32,000 bases of DNA, taken from Neisseria flavescens (GTDB taxonomy: Bacteria; Pseudomonadota; Gammaproteobacteria; Burkholderiales; Neisseriaceae). The notes under the pieces are model-generated. The model made no database searches, was not told the DNA's origin, and saw nothing but the letters and a program-made list of their open reading frames with translations. Positions 9,101 through 15,583 of the stretch are shown here, one piece after another (position 1 is the stretch's first letter; every line of letters starts with the position of its first letter). The position numbers and the translations under genes are program-made. The stretch is taken from the NCBI RefSeq assembly GCF_001618065.1, contig NZ_LAEI01000041.1, positions 196,948 to 228,947 of the forward strand. Direction: 5' to 3'.

Positions 9101-9757
9101 CGAGAGGGTGCGGTAGTCGCGGCCTAAGAATTGGCGCAAGTCGTTTTTCTGCGCCACGGTGTTGCCGGAAAACTCGGTTTTGACTTCGATTCCCCAGTTT
9201 TTGCCTTCGGGGATGATGTCGGCGGGTTCGATGGTACGGATGGACATCGCACCGCCCACGCCTGATTTCACGCCGCGCGTCATGGCGGGGCTTTTTTCCA
9301 CTGCGATGCTGCGGAACAGGGCGGGGTCGAGGTAGTTGCGGTCGCCCACACCGTAGTTGTTGAGCCAGACATCGACCGTCTGCTCCGTGCCGTCTAGTGT
9401 TACGGGGATACGGCCCTTGCCGGTGATGCCGCGTATATTGGGCGTAATCGCGCCGCCGGCGGTGCGGGTGTTCATGTTGTACACGCCGTTTAGGCCTTTG
9501 AGTACGTCGCCGGCGGATTGGACGCGGTAGCGTTCGAGGTATTCTTTGCCAACATAGGCGTTGGAGACGTTTTTGAATACACATCGTCCGCGCCTTTTTT
9601 GGTCGTTGGTACGTTTGCCACTGACAACAACGGTATCCAATTCTTGGTATTGTTCGGGTTGAGCTGAGGTTTCGATGACATTGGCAACGGTTAATGTGCT
9701 GAATGCGCTGGCAAGGCTGAGAATGATTATTTTGGGTTTGGGAGTAAAAGCAGACAT
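6125..9757 (-). CDS. Very large TonB-dependent outer-membrane receptor (1210 aa, TdfG-like size class); the 3' end appears frameshifted
   Basis: It has a signal peptide, a TonB-box-like ELDTVVVSG and plug-domain motifs (..NIRGITGKGRIPVTLDGTEQ.., ..IAVEKSPAMTRG..). Barrel-end motifs are ..IDLNFGVTNLANRYYLDP... The canonical end PGPGRTVTFGIKGRF-stop is present but in another frame (see findings). Confidence 0.88.
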   Translation of the reverse strand: MSAFTPKPKIIILSLASAFSTLTVANVIETSAQPEQYQELDTVVVSGKRTNDQKRRGRCVFKNVSNAYVGKEYLERYRVQSAGDVLKGLNGVYNMNTRTAGGAITPNIRGITGKGRIPVTLDGTEQTVDVWLNNYGVGDRNYLDPALFRSIAVEKSPAMTRGVKSGVGGAMSIRTIEPADIIPEGKNWGIEVKTEFSGNTVAQKNDLRQFLGRDYRTLSPIGATADGVSGMPDVLTGYTGKPSPTALLLDEGIAGTKYAGGKSHTNFKDDRQLMLSAAFKTDITDGLAAYSHRQKGNYYAGKRGYQSYLNNPIYGADACYDQYPDKSWREKDMLCKSSASLVPNMAVLFRPGEEIMNSHTDTKTLLLKNNWYLPGNQKISLQYMDNKIGFGEINPLITAWILGFAEQSLDEPAQQAPGIGTKIDSKTYKIGYEWKPQNNKWIDLQADMWRVKTDSNRHQSGGPVVGVITPDYEYDLWYWCNIRKQPSPNLRGESCESAMASNTYGSARTHEEVLRMIEDTPDKIARKLAEHDENNRAITDRWMGHTGGYYAITPADKNVLTDQTNQIGKLMNLAELKQKLNQERYYIEHPDRIIVPGARQRTDVVRNGFNLSNRFRLSDKLSLTLAADYQRETLEERTDTADSNDLMNTFGVLTRMAALGGPQSAKKREWGANLVFDWKPTSRLNIQAGVRYQNFKGRNIELARQRAARNPWYQYGLGSDSYVTGLMMPYFELADEEDIANQQRMLQLYDPDRIGGQVAEYQALNRRFKEKNGYDFDPHDTLVGQDTRFYAKSDGNFVQYADGNKNTDVLYVLRRKQIIPMNAGKFAPDKVQITPEMYRERVNNPQGKRGSYRRYIPGSHIGITPGSVSETTDRMANENQLPSKTGNDQALEFNSDLNRTAWIRHQFSEAERWRMPQEQHAYSWSPMLSVSYDIADNHRLFARYARMSRFPSLYELTAATGSGGLYGSETVAEYSLKPEKSTNWEVGYNFNFAPHFAKLRQGDLRLTYYSNKIKNQIDTSNMDGGMIQYDKAISKGVELQIRLDNGRFFASFGGTYRLKHMVCDKGIAFKFDYYLQRVPECLEGGFGLSRFFQSLQPKYSLTLDVGTRFFNEKLELGMRAIHHSKAERKNYDKLIADGAGQVYERNGKPYGWHAATLLDAYARYRIGKHIDLNFGVTNLANRYYLDPMSSTPVPARAGRLPSASRAGFKA

Positions 9758-9855
9758 AGTTTCTCTTTGTTAAGAACTTAATATAAGAGGTTAAAATACT
9801 CTTTTATATAAAAAATATAAAATTTTTAAATATTATTAATATTTATATAATAATT

Positions 9856-9874
9856 GATTATTCTTATCATTATT
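9856..9874 (-). promoter_or_regulatory. Candidate Fur box upstream of the receptor gene
   Basis: The minus-strand sequence AATAATGATAAGAATAATC matches the 19-bp consensus GATAATGATAATCATTATC at 15/19. It is embedded in an extremely AT-rich 190-nt leader (9758-9944). Confidence 0.55.
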
Positions 9875-9944
9875 GAAATAATCTAATAAATAGCTGTTTT
9901 TATCATAATTTTGTTTGGATAATATTCAGATAAATAGAGATATG

Positions 9945-9978
9945 AAAAGGCCGTCTGAAAACTTTCAGACGGCCTTTT
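9945..9978. terminator. Inverted DUS pair acting as a terminator (after ribB)
   Basis: AAAAGGCCGTCTGAAA / TTTCAGACGGCCTTTT form a perfect 16-bp stem, with A/T runs built into the arms. Confidence 0.75.
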
Positions 9979-10011
9979 GTTTCATTTGCTTTGAGAGTTA
10001 ATCAAGCAAGA

Positions 10012-11103
10012 TTATTTTTCAGCTTCTTCAAAGCCGACGACTTCGAGGCCGAAGCCGGTGAGGCCGGTGAAGGATGACGGCTGGCCGAGGACGCGCAGTT
10101 TTTTGACGTTGAGGCCGGCGAGGATTTGTGCGCCTATGCCGTAGCTTTTGCTGTCCCATTTGTAGGCTTGGTTTGCGCCTTTGGGCAGGGTGCGGTCGAG
10201 CAGGGTGGCGCCGTCTTCGGTACGGTGCAGGAGGATGACTACGCCGCTTTCGGCTTGTTGGATGCGCTCAAGGGCTTTAGGCAGTGACCATGAATGGCGC
10301 GGATTGGCTTGGATGAAGTCCATCACGCTGAAGGGCTCGTGGACGCGGACGAGGGTTTCTTCGTCGGCGGAAGGTGTGCCTTTGACGAGGGCGAGGTGGG
10401 TTTCGCCGGAGAGTTTGTCGACGTAAACGTGTTGTTGGAACTCGCCCCATGGGGTTTGTACGGGTGAGTTGCCCATGTCTTCGAGCAGGCTTTCGGTACG
10501 GCTGCGGTATTCGATGAGGTCGGTAATGGTGCCGATTTTGAGATTGTGTTCTTCGGCGAACTTCATCAGTTCGGGCATGCGCGCCATGGTGCCGTCGTCG
10601 TTGATGATTTCGCAGATGACGGCGGCGGGGATGAGTCCGTTCATTTGTGCCAGATCGACGCCGGCTTCGGTGTGTCCGGCGCGGACGAGTACGCCGCCTT
10701 TTTGGGCGCGCAGTGGGAAGATGTGGCCGGGTTGGACGATGTCTTCAGGTTTGGCGGATGGGGAAACGGCGGTTTGAATGGTCAGGGCGCGGTCGGCGGC
10801 GGAAATGCCGGTGGTAATGCCGTGGGCGGCTTCGATGGAGACGGTAAAGTTGGTGCCGTATTGTGCACCGTTTTTCTGGGTCATCATGGGCAGGCCGAGT
10901 TTTTCGACCATTTCGCCGTCCATCGGCAGGCAGACCAGGCCGCGTGCGTTTTTGATCATGAAGTTGATGGCTTCGGGGGTAACGAATTGGGCGGCCATCA
11001 GCAAGTCGCCTTCGTTTTCGCGGTCTTCAGCATCGGTGATGATGACCATTTTGCCGGCTTTGATGTCTGCTAAGATTTCGGGGATGGTGGAGATGTGGGA
11101 CAT
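10012..11103 (-). CDS. ribB: 3,4-dihydroxy-2-butanone-4-phosphate synthase with a degenerate GTP-cyclohydrolase-II-like C-terminal domain (RibBA/RibBX type), 363 aa from the internal ATG
   Basis: MSHISTIPEILADIKAGKMVIITDAEDRENEGDLLMAAQ.. is a classic RibB N-terminus. The C-terminal half aligns in layout to RibA but lacks the Cys-rich zinc motif (RVHEPFSVMDFIQANPRHS in place of the RVHSEC..C.C type). Confidence 0.9.
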   Translation of the reverse strand: MSHISTIPEILADIKAGKMVIITDAEDRENEGDLLMAAQFVTPEAINFMIKNARGLVCLPMDGEMVEKLGLPMMTQKNGAQYGTNFTVSIEAAHGITTGISAADRALTIQTAVSPSAKPEDIVQPGHIFPLRAQKGGVLVRAGHTEAGVDLAQMNGLIPAAVICEIINDDGTMARMPELMKFAEEHNLKIGTITDLIEYRSRTESLLEDMGNSPVQTPWGEFQQHVYVDKLSGETHLALVKGTPSADEETLVRVHEPFSVMDFIQANPRHSWSLPKALERIQQAESGVVILLHRTEDGATLLDRTLPKGANQAYKWDSKSYGIGAQILAGLNVKKLRVLGQPSSFTGLTGFGLEVVGFEEAEK

Positions 11104-11352
11104 GGTATTTCTTTCTTGGCTGATGGTGGGGGCGTGGCGGTCTTGGTGGTCTTGATCCAGCCACATGTCAGGCATATTGGCTGCCTGCTCGATTTTTCGG
11201 GCTTTTTTCTCGCCGAAAGATTTATTTTTCAGCAGGGCGGACAGCTCGCCTTGGTTGATGGCGATGGCTTGGGCAAACTTGGTCTGCTGGCCGTTGTGGT
11301 GTTGTGTTATCCATTGCCGCAGGTTGTGGCGGCGCAGGTCGGTGGTATTCAT
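11104..11352 (-). CDS. 83-codon HTH (Cro/C1-like) coding segment that continues in frame into ribB with no stop codon
   Basis: MNTTDLRRHNLRQWI..TKFAQAIAINQGELSALLKNKSFGEKKARKIEQAANMPDMWLDQD resembles phage-repressor-type HTH domains that end in ..WLD. No stop codon occurs before the ribB ATG at 11103. Confidence 0.4.
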
Positions 11353-11542
11353 GATGGGATGAAGTTGAATTGTGTGTAATGGATTGTAGTCTTGTCTTTA
11401 CCAAAAGGCAAACTTTGTTTGCGGGGATTTTTTTATTACTTTTTGGTAATGAAATTTATTGTTTCAGACGGCCTGAATATGGCTTGAAATTGATGGTTTT
11501 GGGAGAATATGGGGAATGTTTTGATGATTATTTTAACGGGGG

Positions 11543-12154
11543 ATGTTTGAAATGAAAATGTTTGGGCGCGGATTGGTCGTGCTGGTGTTGTGTGCGCTGA
11601 CGGCTGCAGGCGGCTGGTTTTATGCCCTGCATGGTCAGAACGAAGAACATCAGGTTTTGTCCCGTGAGGGGGTTTTGATGCAGATTAAGCAGATGAACCG
11701 CTTGGAAAGTACGGCATTTTATATCGATACGATTATCCGTACGGAGAAAAAAGGGGATTGGCGCAGGCTGTGGCAGGATTCGCAAAGCGGTATTTTTATT
11801 GTGCGCGGTAAGGTGTTGGCCGGTTTGGATTTGGACAAATTAGGCGCAGACAATGTTAATATTGTGGACGACAAGGTATTGATCAGCCTGCCGGCGGTGG
11901 AAATCTTGAGCGTGGATTTGGAAAATATCGAAGTGTACGATATTCAGACCGGCTCGTTTAATTTGCTGCCTATGGATAAGTCGGTATTTAAGACGGTGCA
12001 GGAAGAGGCGAGACGGCAGGTATTGCAAAGCGCGTGTAAGGCTGAGATTTTGGAACATGCCAATCGTCAGGCGCAAATGCAGTTGGAAAACCTGTTTGCA
12101 TTGACTCAGACGAAGGTGTCCGTCTATCCGGCTGCGATAGGGAAATGCGGTTAA
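11543..12154 (+). CDS. DUF4230-like membrane-anchored protein
   Basis: 203 aa with an N-terminal transmembrane segment (GLVVLVLCALTAAGGWFYAL). The motif ..GKVLAGLDLDKL.. is of the kind I associate with DUF4230. The start codon is uncertain (ATG at 11543, 11552 or 11558). Confidence 0.55.
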   Translation: MFEMKMFGRGLVVLVLCALTAAGGWFYALHGQNEEHQVLSREGVLMQIKQMNRLESTAFYIDTIIRTEKKGDWRRLWQDSQSGIFIVRGKVLAGLDLDKLGADNVNIVDDKVLISLPAVEILSVDLENIEVYDIQTGSFNLLPMDKSVFKTVQEEARRQVLQSACKAEILEHANRQAQMQLENLFALTQTKVSVYPAAIGKCG

Positions 12155-12173
12155 ATAGATTGCTTGAAAAGAT

Positions 12174-12204
12174 AAGGCCGTCTGAAAATTTTTCAGACGG
12201 CCTT
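12174..12204. terminator. Inverted DUS pair, convergent terminator between the DUF4230-like gene and amiC
   Basis: AAGGCCGTCTGAAAA / TTTTCAGACGGCCTT. Confidence 0.75.
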
Positions 12205-12219
12205 TATTTCATAAAGCCA

Positions 12220-13467
12220 TTATCCGCGTCGTAAAACGGCGGTATTGATGTATTTTTGAATACCGGTGGCAATGGCTTGGGCGCATTGTTGGCGGAATGA
12301 TTCGCTGCCGAGCAGCCGCTCTTCGGTAGGGTTGGAGAGGAAGGCGGTTTCCACCAAAATAGACGGAACATCTGGCGCACGGAGGACAGCGAAGTTGGCT
12401 TCGTCAACGCGGCCTTTGTGTAATTGGTTGAGTTTGCCCAATTCGGTCAAGACGGAATGGCCGAGCTTGCGGCTGTCGCGCAGGGTCGCGGTTTGGGTCA
12501 TGTCTAAAATAGCGTTGTCGACATTAGGGTTGCCGCTGGTTTGTACGCCGCCGATGGCGTCGGCGTTGTTTTGGGTTTGGGCAAGGAATTTTGCCGCCGA
12601 GCTGGTCGCGCCTTTGGTATTGAGCATATATACGCCGGTACCGCGAGCGGACGGGCTGGTAAAGGCATCGGCGTGGATGGATACGAATACGTCGGCATTG
12701 CGCGCACGGCCTTTGGCAACGCGTACGCCCAATGGGATAAAGATGTCTTCGTTGCGTGTCATAAATACGTTGTAACCCAAGGCTTCGAGGCGTTTTTTGG
12801 TTTCGCGGGCAATGGAGAGTACGACGTTTTTTTCTTTGAGGCCGCTCGGGCCGATTGCGCCGGGGTCTTCGCCACCGTGACCGGGGTCGATCATAATCAC
12901 GGGACGGCGGTTGCCACCGCTGCCGCGATTGTTTTTAGGGGCAGGGGCGTCGTATGCGATATTGGTATTTTGACGTTGTTTGGGAACATTGCCGTTGAGC
13001 AAGGCCATCATCGGGTCGTTGGCATCTGCGCCGTGCGGATAAAGGTCGATAACCAAGCGGTTTCTGAAGTTGCCGACGGGGGCGAGTGCAAAGACTTGCG
13101 GATGGGTGCTTTGTTTGAGGTCGATGACGATACGCACGGTATTGGGCGTATTTTGACCAGCACGAATGCTGCGGATAAAAGGGTCGTTAGACAGCACTTT
13201 GCTGGAAATGCCTTGCAGGACGCTGTTGATTTCCGCTCCTTGAATATCCACAACCAACCGGCTGGGGTTGTCCAACATAAAATGTTGGTATTTCATCGAG
13301 TGGTTGCTCTCAAGGGTAACGCGTGTGTAGGCGTTCGCCGGCCAAATGCGGACGGCAAGAAATTGCGCAGGAGAGGCCGGTTTGGCCAATGCGTCACCAA
13401 CGGGCGTGAGGGTGAGAAATAGTCCTGTGCCTTGACGGAGAATGTGTCTTCTAGTTAATTTGACCAT
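12220..13467 (-). CDS. amiC: N-acetylmuramoyl-L-alanine amidase (AMIN domain plus Amidase_3), Tat-exported
   Basis: Twin-arginine signal TRRHILRQGTGLFL..ALA and an AMIN-like N-terminal domain. Catalytic motifs are IMIDPGHGGEDPGA and SIHADA. Confidence 0.93.
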   Translation of the reverse strand: MVKLTRRHILRQGTGLFLTLTPVGDALAKPASPAQFLAVRIWPANAYTRVTLESNHSMKYQHFMLDNPSRLVVDIQGAEINSVLQGISSKVLSNDPFIRSIRAGQNTPNTVRIVIDLKQSTHPQVFALAPVGNFRNRLVIDLYPHGADANDPMMALLNGNVPKQRQNTNIAYDAPAPKNNRGSGGNRRPVIMIDPGHGGEDPGAIGPSGLKEKNVVLSIARETKKRLEALGYNVFMTRNEDIFIPLGVRVAKGRARNADVFVSIHADAFTSPSARGTGVYMLNTKGATSSAAKFLAQTQNNADAIGGVQTSGNPNVDNAILDMTQTATLRDSRKLGHSVLTELGKLNQLHKGRVDEANFAVLRAPDVPSILVETAFLSNPTEERLLGSESFRQQCAQAIATGIQKYINTAVLRRG

Positions 13468-13946
13468 GATTCTAAACTTTTTCGGCCTTGGTTTGTGTGG
13501 GCGGAAAAGGTGCAGGTTCTGCCCTTATCGGTGTACGTCAATGTAATGGTAATGTCTGCCGGAGGCGTGAATTCTCCACCTTGCTGCGGCCATTCGATGA
13601 GGCAGATGCTGTCGGGCGCAAACAATTCGTCCAAACCGGCATCTTCCCATTCCTCGGGCATGGTAAAGCGGTAGAGGTCGAAATGGTGGAGGGTGAATGT
13701 ATCCAGCGGATAAGATTCGACAATGGTGTAAGTCGGGCTTTTGACTGCGCCCGTATGCCCCAGTCCGCGCAAAATCCCGCGTGTCAGCGTGGTTTTGCCT
13801 GCACCCAGCCCGCCTTCAAGATAGATGGTCAGCGGAGCGGAAAGCTGCTTGCTCCATTCTTCACCCAGTTTCAGGGTTGCTTCTTCATCGGGCAGAAAAC
13901 GGGTGTACAGTCCGTTTGAGTGCATGGAATAGGCCTTGTCGTTCAA
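13455..13946 (-). CDS. tsaE: tRNA t6A37 threonylcarbamoyl-adenosine biosynthesis ATPase TsaE (YjeE)
   Basis: P-loop GGLGAGKTTLTRGILRGLG, then ..VKSPTYTIVESY.. and ..HFDLYR... It overlaps amiC by 13 nt, as in the conserved tsaE-ami synteny. An alternative start is M8 at 13925. Confidence 0.9.
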   Translation of the reverse strand: MNDKAYSMHSNGLYTRFLPDEEATLKLGEEWSKQLSAPLTIYLEGGLGAGKTTLTRGILRGLGHTGAVKSPTYTIVESYPLDTFTLHHFDLYRFTMPEEWEDAGLDELFAPDSICLIEWPQQGGEFTPPADITITLTYTDKGRTCTFSAHTNQGRKSLESWSN

Positions 13947-14019
13947 AAGGCTTAATTATGATGGAATTGGCGGCGTTTGCAAACCTGATAGACGATAAAG
14001 TTAGATAAAGATAGTGTTG

Positions 14020-14050
14020 AGGCCGTCTGAAAACGGAATTCAGACGGCCT
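14020..14050. terminator. Inverted DUS pair
   Basis: AGGCCGTCTGAA / TTCAGACGGCCT, located between the divergent tsaE and pheA genes. Confidence 0.6.
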
Positions 14051-14096
14051 TTAATGTTAAAATGAAAATATCCCTCACAAAATTGCGAGACAGCTT

Positions 14097-15185
14097 ATGC
14101 CTTTATCCATAGACGAACAATTATTGCCGCACCGCAATGCCATCGACAGCATTGATGCGGAAATCCTCCGTTTGCTCAACGAGCGCGCTGGTCATGCGCA
14201 TGCTATCGGCGAATTGAAAGGGACAGGCGCAGTGTACCGTCCTGAACGGGAAGTGGCCGTTTTGCGCCGGATTCAGGATTTGAACCGCGGCCCTTTGCCG
14301 GACGAATCGGTCACCCGGCTGTTTCGCGAGATTATGAGCGAATGTTTGGCGGTAGAGCGTCCGCTGACGATTGCCTATTTGGGCCCGAAGGGGACATTTA
14401 CCCAGCAAGCCGCCATTAAACATTTCGGCCACGCCGCACACACCATGGCGTGTACCACCATCGACAACTGCTTCAAACAAGTTGAAACGCGCCAAGCCGA
14501 TTATTTGGTGGCGCCGGTAGAAAATTCGACCGAAGGCTCAGTGGGGCGCACTTTGGACTTGTTGGCTGTAACCGCTTTGAAAGCCTGCGGCGAAGTGGTT
14601 GTCCGCATCCATCACAACCTGTTGCGTAAAGACAGCCACGAAATTGGCGGCATTACCAAAGTTTTCGCCCATGCCCAAGCCTTGGCACAATGCAACGACT
14701 GGCTTGGCCGCAACCTGCCCAATGCGGAACGTATCGCAGTAGCCAGCAATGCAGAAGCAGCGCGTCTGGTTGCCGAATCTGACAGCCCGAATGTGGCCGC
14801 CATTGCCGGACGTATTGCCGCGGAAATTTATCAGTTGAGCTTTGCCGCCGAGTGTATCGAAGACGAACCGAACAACACCACGCGCTTCTTGGTGATGGGT
14901 CATCAAGAAACCGGCCGCAGCGGCAACGACAAAACCTCTTTGGTCGTCTCCGCACCCAACCGTGCCGGTGCCGTTACTTCTTTGCTGCAACCTTTCACCG
15001 AGTTGGGCATTTCCATGACCAAATTTGAAAGCCGTCCAAGCAAATCGGTTTTGTGGGAATACCTGTTCTTCATTGATATCGAAGGCCATCAAAGCGATGA
15101 AAATGTCCAAAAAGCCTTGCAGCTTTTGGGTGAACGCGCTTCCTTCGTGAAAGTTGTCGGCTCTTATCCGACCGTTGTTTTGTAA
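14097..15185 (+). CDS. pheA: Bifunctional chorismate mutase / prephenate dehydratase (P-protein)
   Basis: N-terminal chorismate mutase helix (R..IDSIDAEILRLLNERA), a prephenate dehydratase domain (IAYLGPKGTFTQQAA, NNTTRFLVM) and a C-terminal ACT domain (ESRPS). Confidence 0.95.
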   Translation: MPLSIDEQLLPHRNAIDSIDAEILRLLNERAGHAHAIGELKGTGAVYRPEREVAVLRRIQDLNRGPLPDESVTRLFREIMSECLAVERPLTIAYLGPKGTFTQQAAIKHFGHAAHTMACTTIDNCFKQVETRQADYLVAPVENSTEGSVGRTLDLLAVTALKACGEVVVRIHHNLLRKDSHEIGGITKVFAHAQALAQCNDWLGRNLPNAERIAVASNAEAARLVAESDSPNVAAIAGRIAAEIYQLSFAAECIEDEPNNTTRFLVMGHQETGRSGNDKTSLVVSAPNRAGAVTSLLQPFTELGISMTKFESRPSKSVLWEYLFFIDIEGHQSDENVQKALQLLGERASFVKVVGSYPTVVL

Positions 15186-15202
15186 GGATTATTGGGTATC
15201 AA

Positions 15203-15231
15203 AGGCCGTCTGAAAAGTTTTCAGACGGCCT
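15203..15231. terminator. Inverted DUS pair, pheA terminator
   Basis: AGGCCGTCTGAAAA / TTTTCAGACGGCCT. Confidence 0.75.
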
Positions 15232-15293
15232 AAATTATGTTCTCAATAAGTTGCCATTTATGCAACATTATTGGCAGATTAATGTCAGTAAGT

Positions 15294-15323
15294 TTGCATG
15301 ATTGGAAATGAACACTCTATAAT
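15294..15323 (+). promoter_or_regulatory. Candidate sigma70 promoter TTGCAT-N18-TATAAT upstream of the rtcB-prfH leader
   Basis: TTGCAT is at 15294-15299 and a perfect TATAAT at 15318-15323, about 260 nt upstream of the rtcB ATG. Confidence 0.45.
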
Positions 15324-15365
15324 CCGAACGTTTTTAATATTTTCATGCAAAGAAAGGAGCAAGCC

Positions 15366-15425
15366 ATGACATGCAATACTTCAATCCGCTCAATCACATT
15401 CTTTGCAGCCCAAGCGTCGGTCTGA
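15366..15425 (+). CDS. Possible 19-aa leader mini-ORF (MTCNTSIRSITFFAAQASV)
   Basis: The ATG at 15366 is preceded by a strong Shine-Dalgarno AAAGGAGCAAGCC and the ORF ends at TGA 15423-15425. It lies about 40 nt downstream of the candidate promoter. There is no homology evidence. Confidence 0.25.
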   Translation: MTCNTSIRSITFFAAQASV

Positions 15426-15502
15426 CTTTCGGATAACGCTTTTCGCATTCCATGTCGCCCGCTTCGGGCTGCTTTCCCTACGATTATCGGCTAGAAACCA
15501 GG

Positions 15503-15525
15503 CCGTCTGAACATTTCGCAGACGG
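15503..15525 (+). other. Degenerate DUS hairpin in the rtcB leader
   Basis: CCGTCTG / CAGACGG form a 7-bp stem with a 9-nt loop. It is preceded by a GCCCG-CTT-CGGGC hairpin at about 15457-15469. Confidence 0.5.
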
Positions 15526-15583
15526 TGGATACCTATTGTCATCTGTTGACGGTTTCTATCCGTTTTAAAGAAAGCATAAACAC

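Noticed and set aside
9560-9610. A possible pair of compensating homopolymer frameshifts near the receptor N-terminus. An alternative frame reads ..KKGADDVYSK.., which looks more protein-like than the in-frame ..KRRGRCVFK... Shortening the A6 run and lengthening the following A5 run by one base each would give RTNDQKGADDVYSKNVSNAYVG.
   Set aside because: The called frame is intact, and the argument rests only on my impression of which peptide looks more natural. Without orthologue alignments or reads it cannot be supported. It is worth a glance only because the 3' end of the same gene does show a convincing homopolymer frameshift.
15251-15300. Sigma54-like TGGCAG..TGTCA / TTGCA elements upstream of rtcB. 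I considered them because E. coli rtcBA is sigma54/RtcR-dependent.
   Set aside because: Spacing and the essential -12 GC do not fit TGGCAC-N5-TTGCA, and no RtcR-type activator gene is nearby. A sigma70-type TTGCAT-N18-TATAAT promoter fits better.
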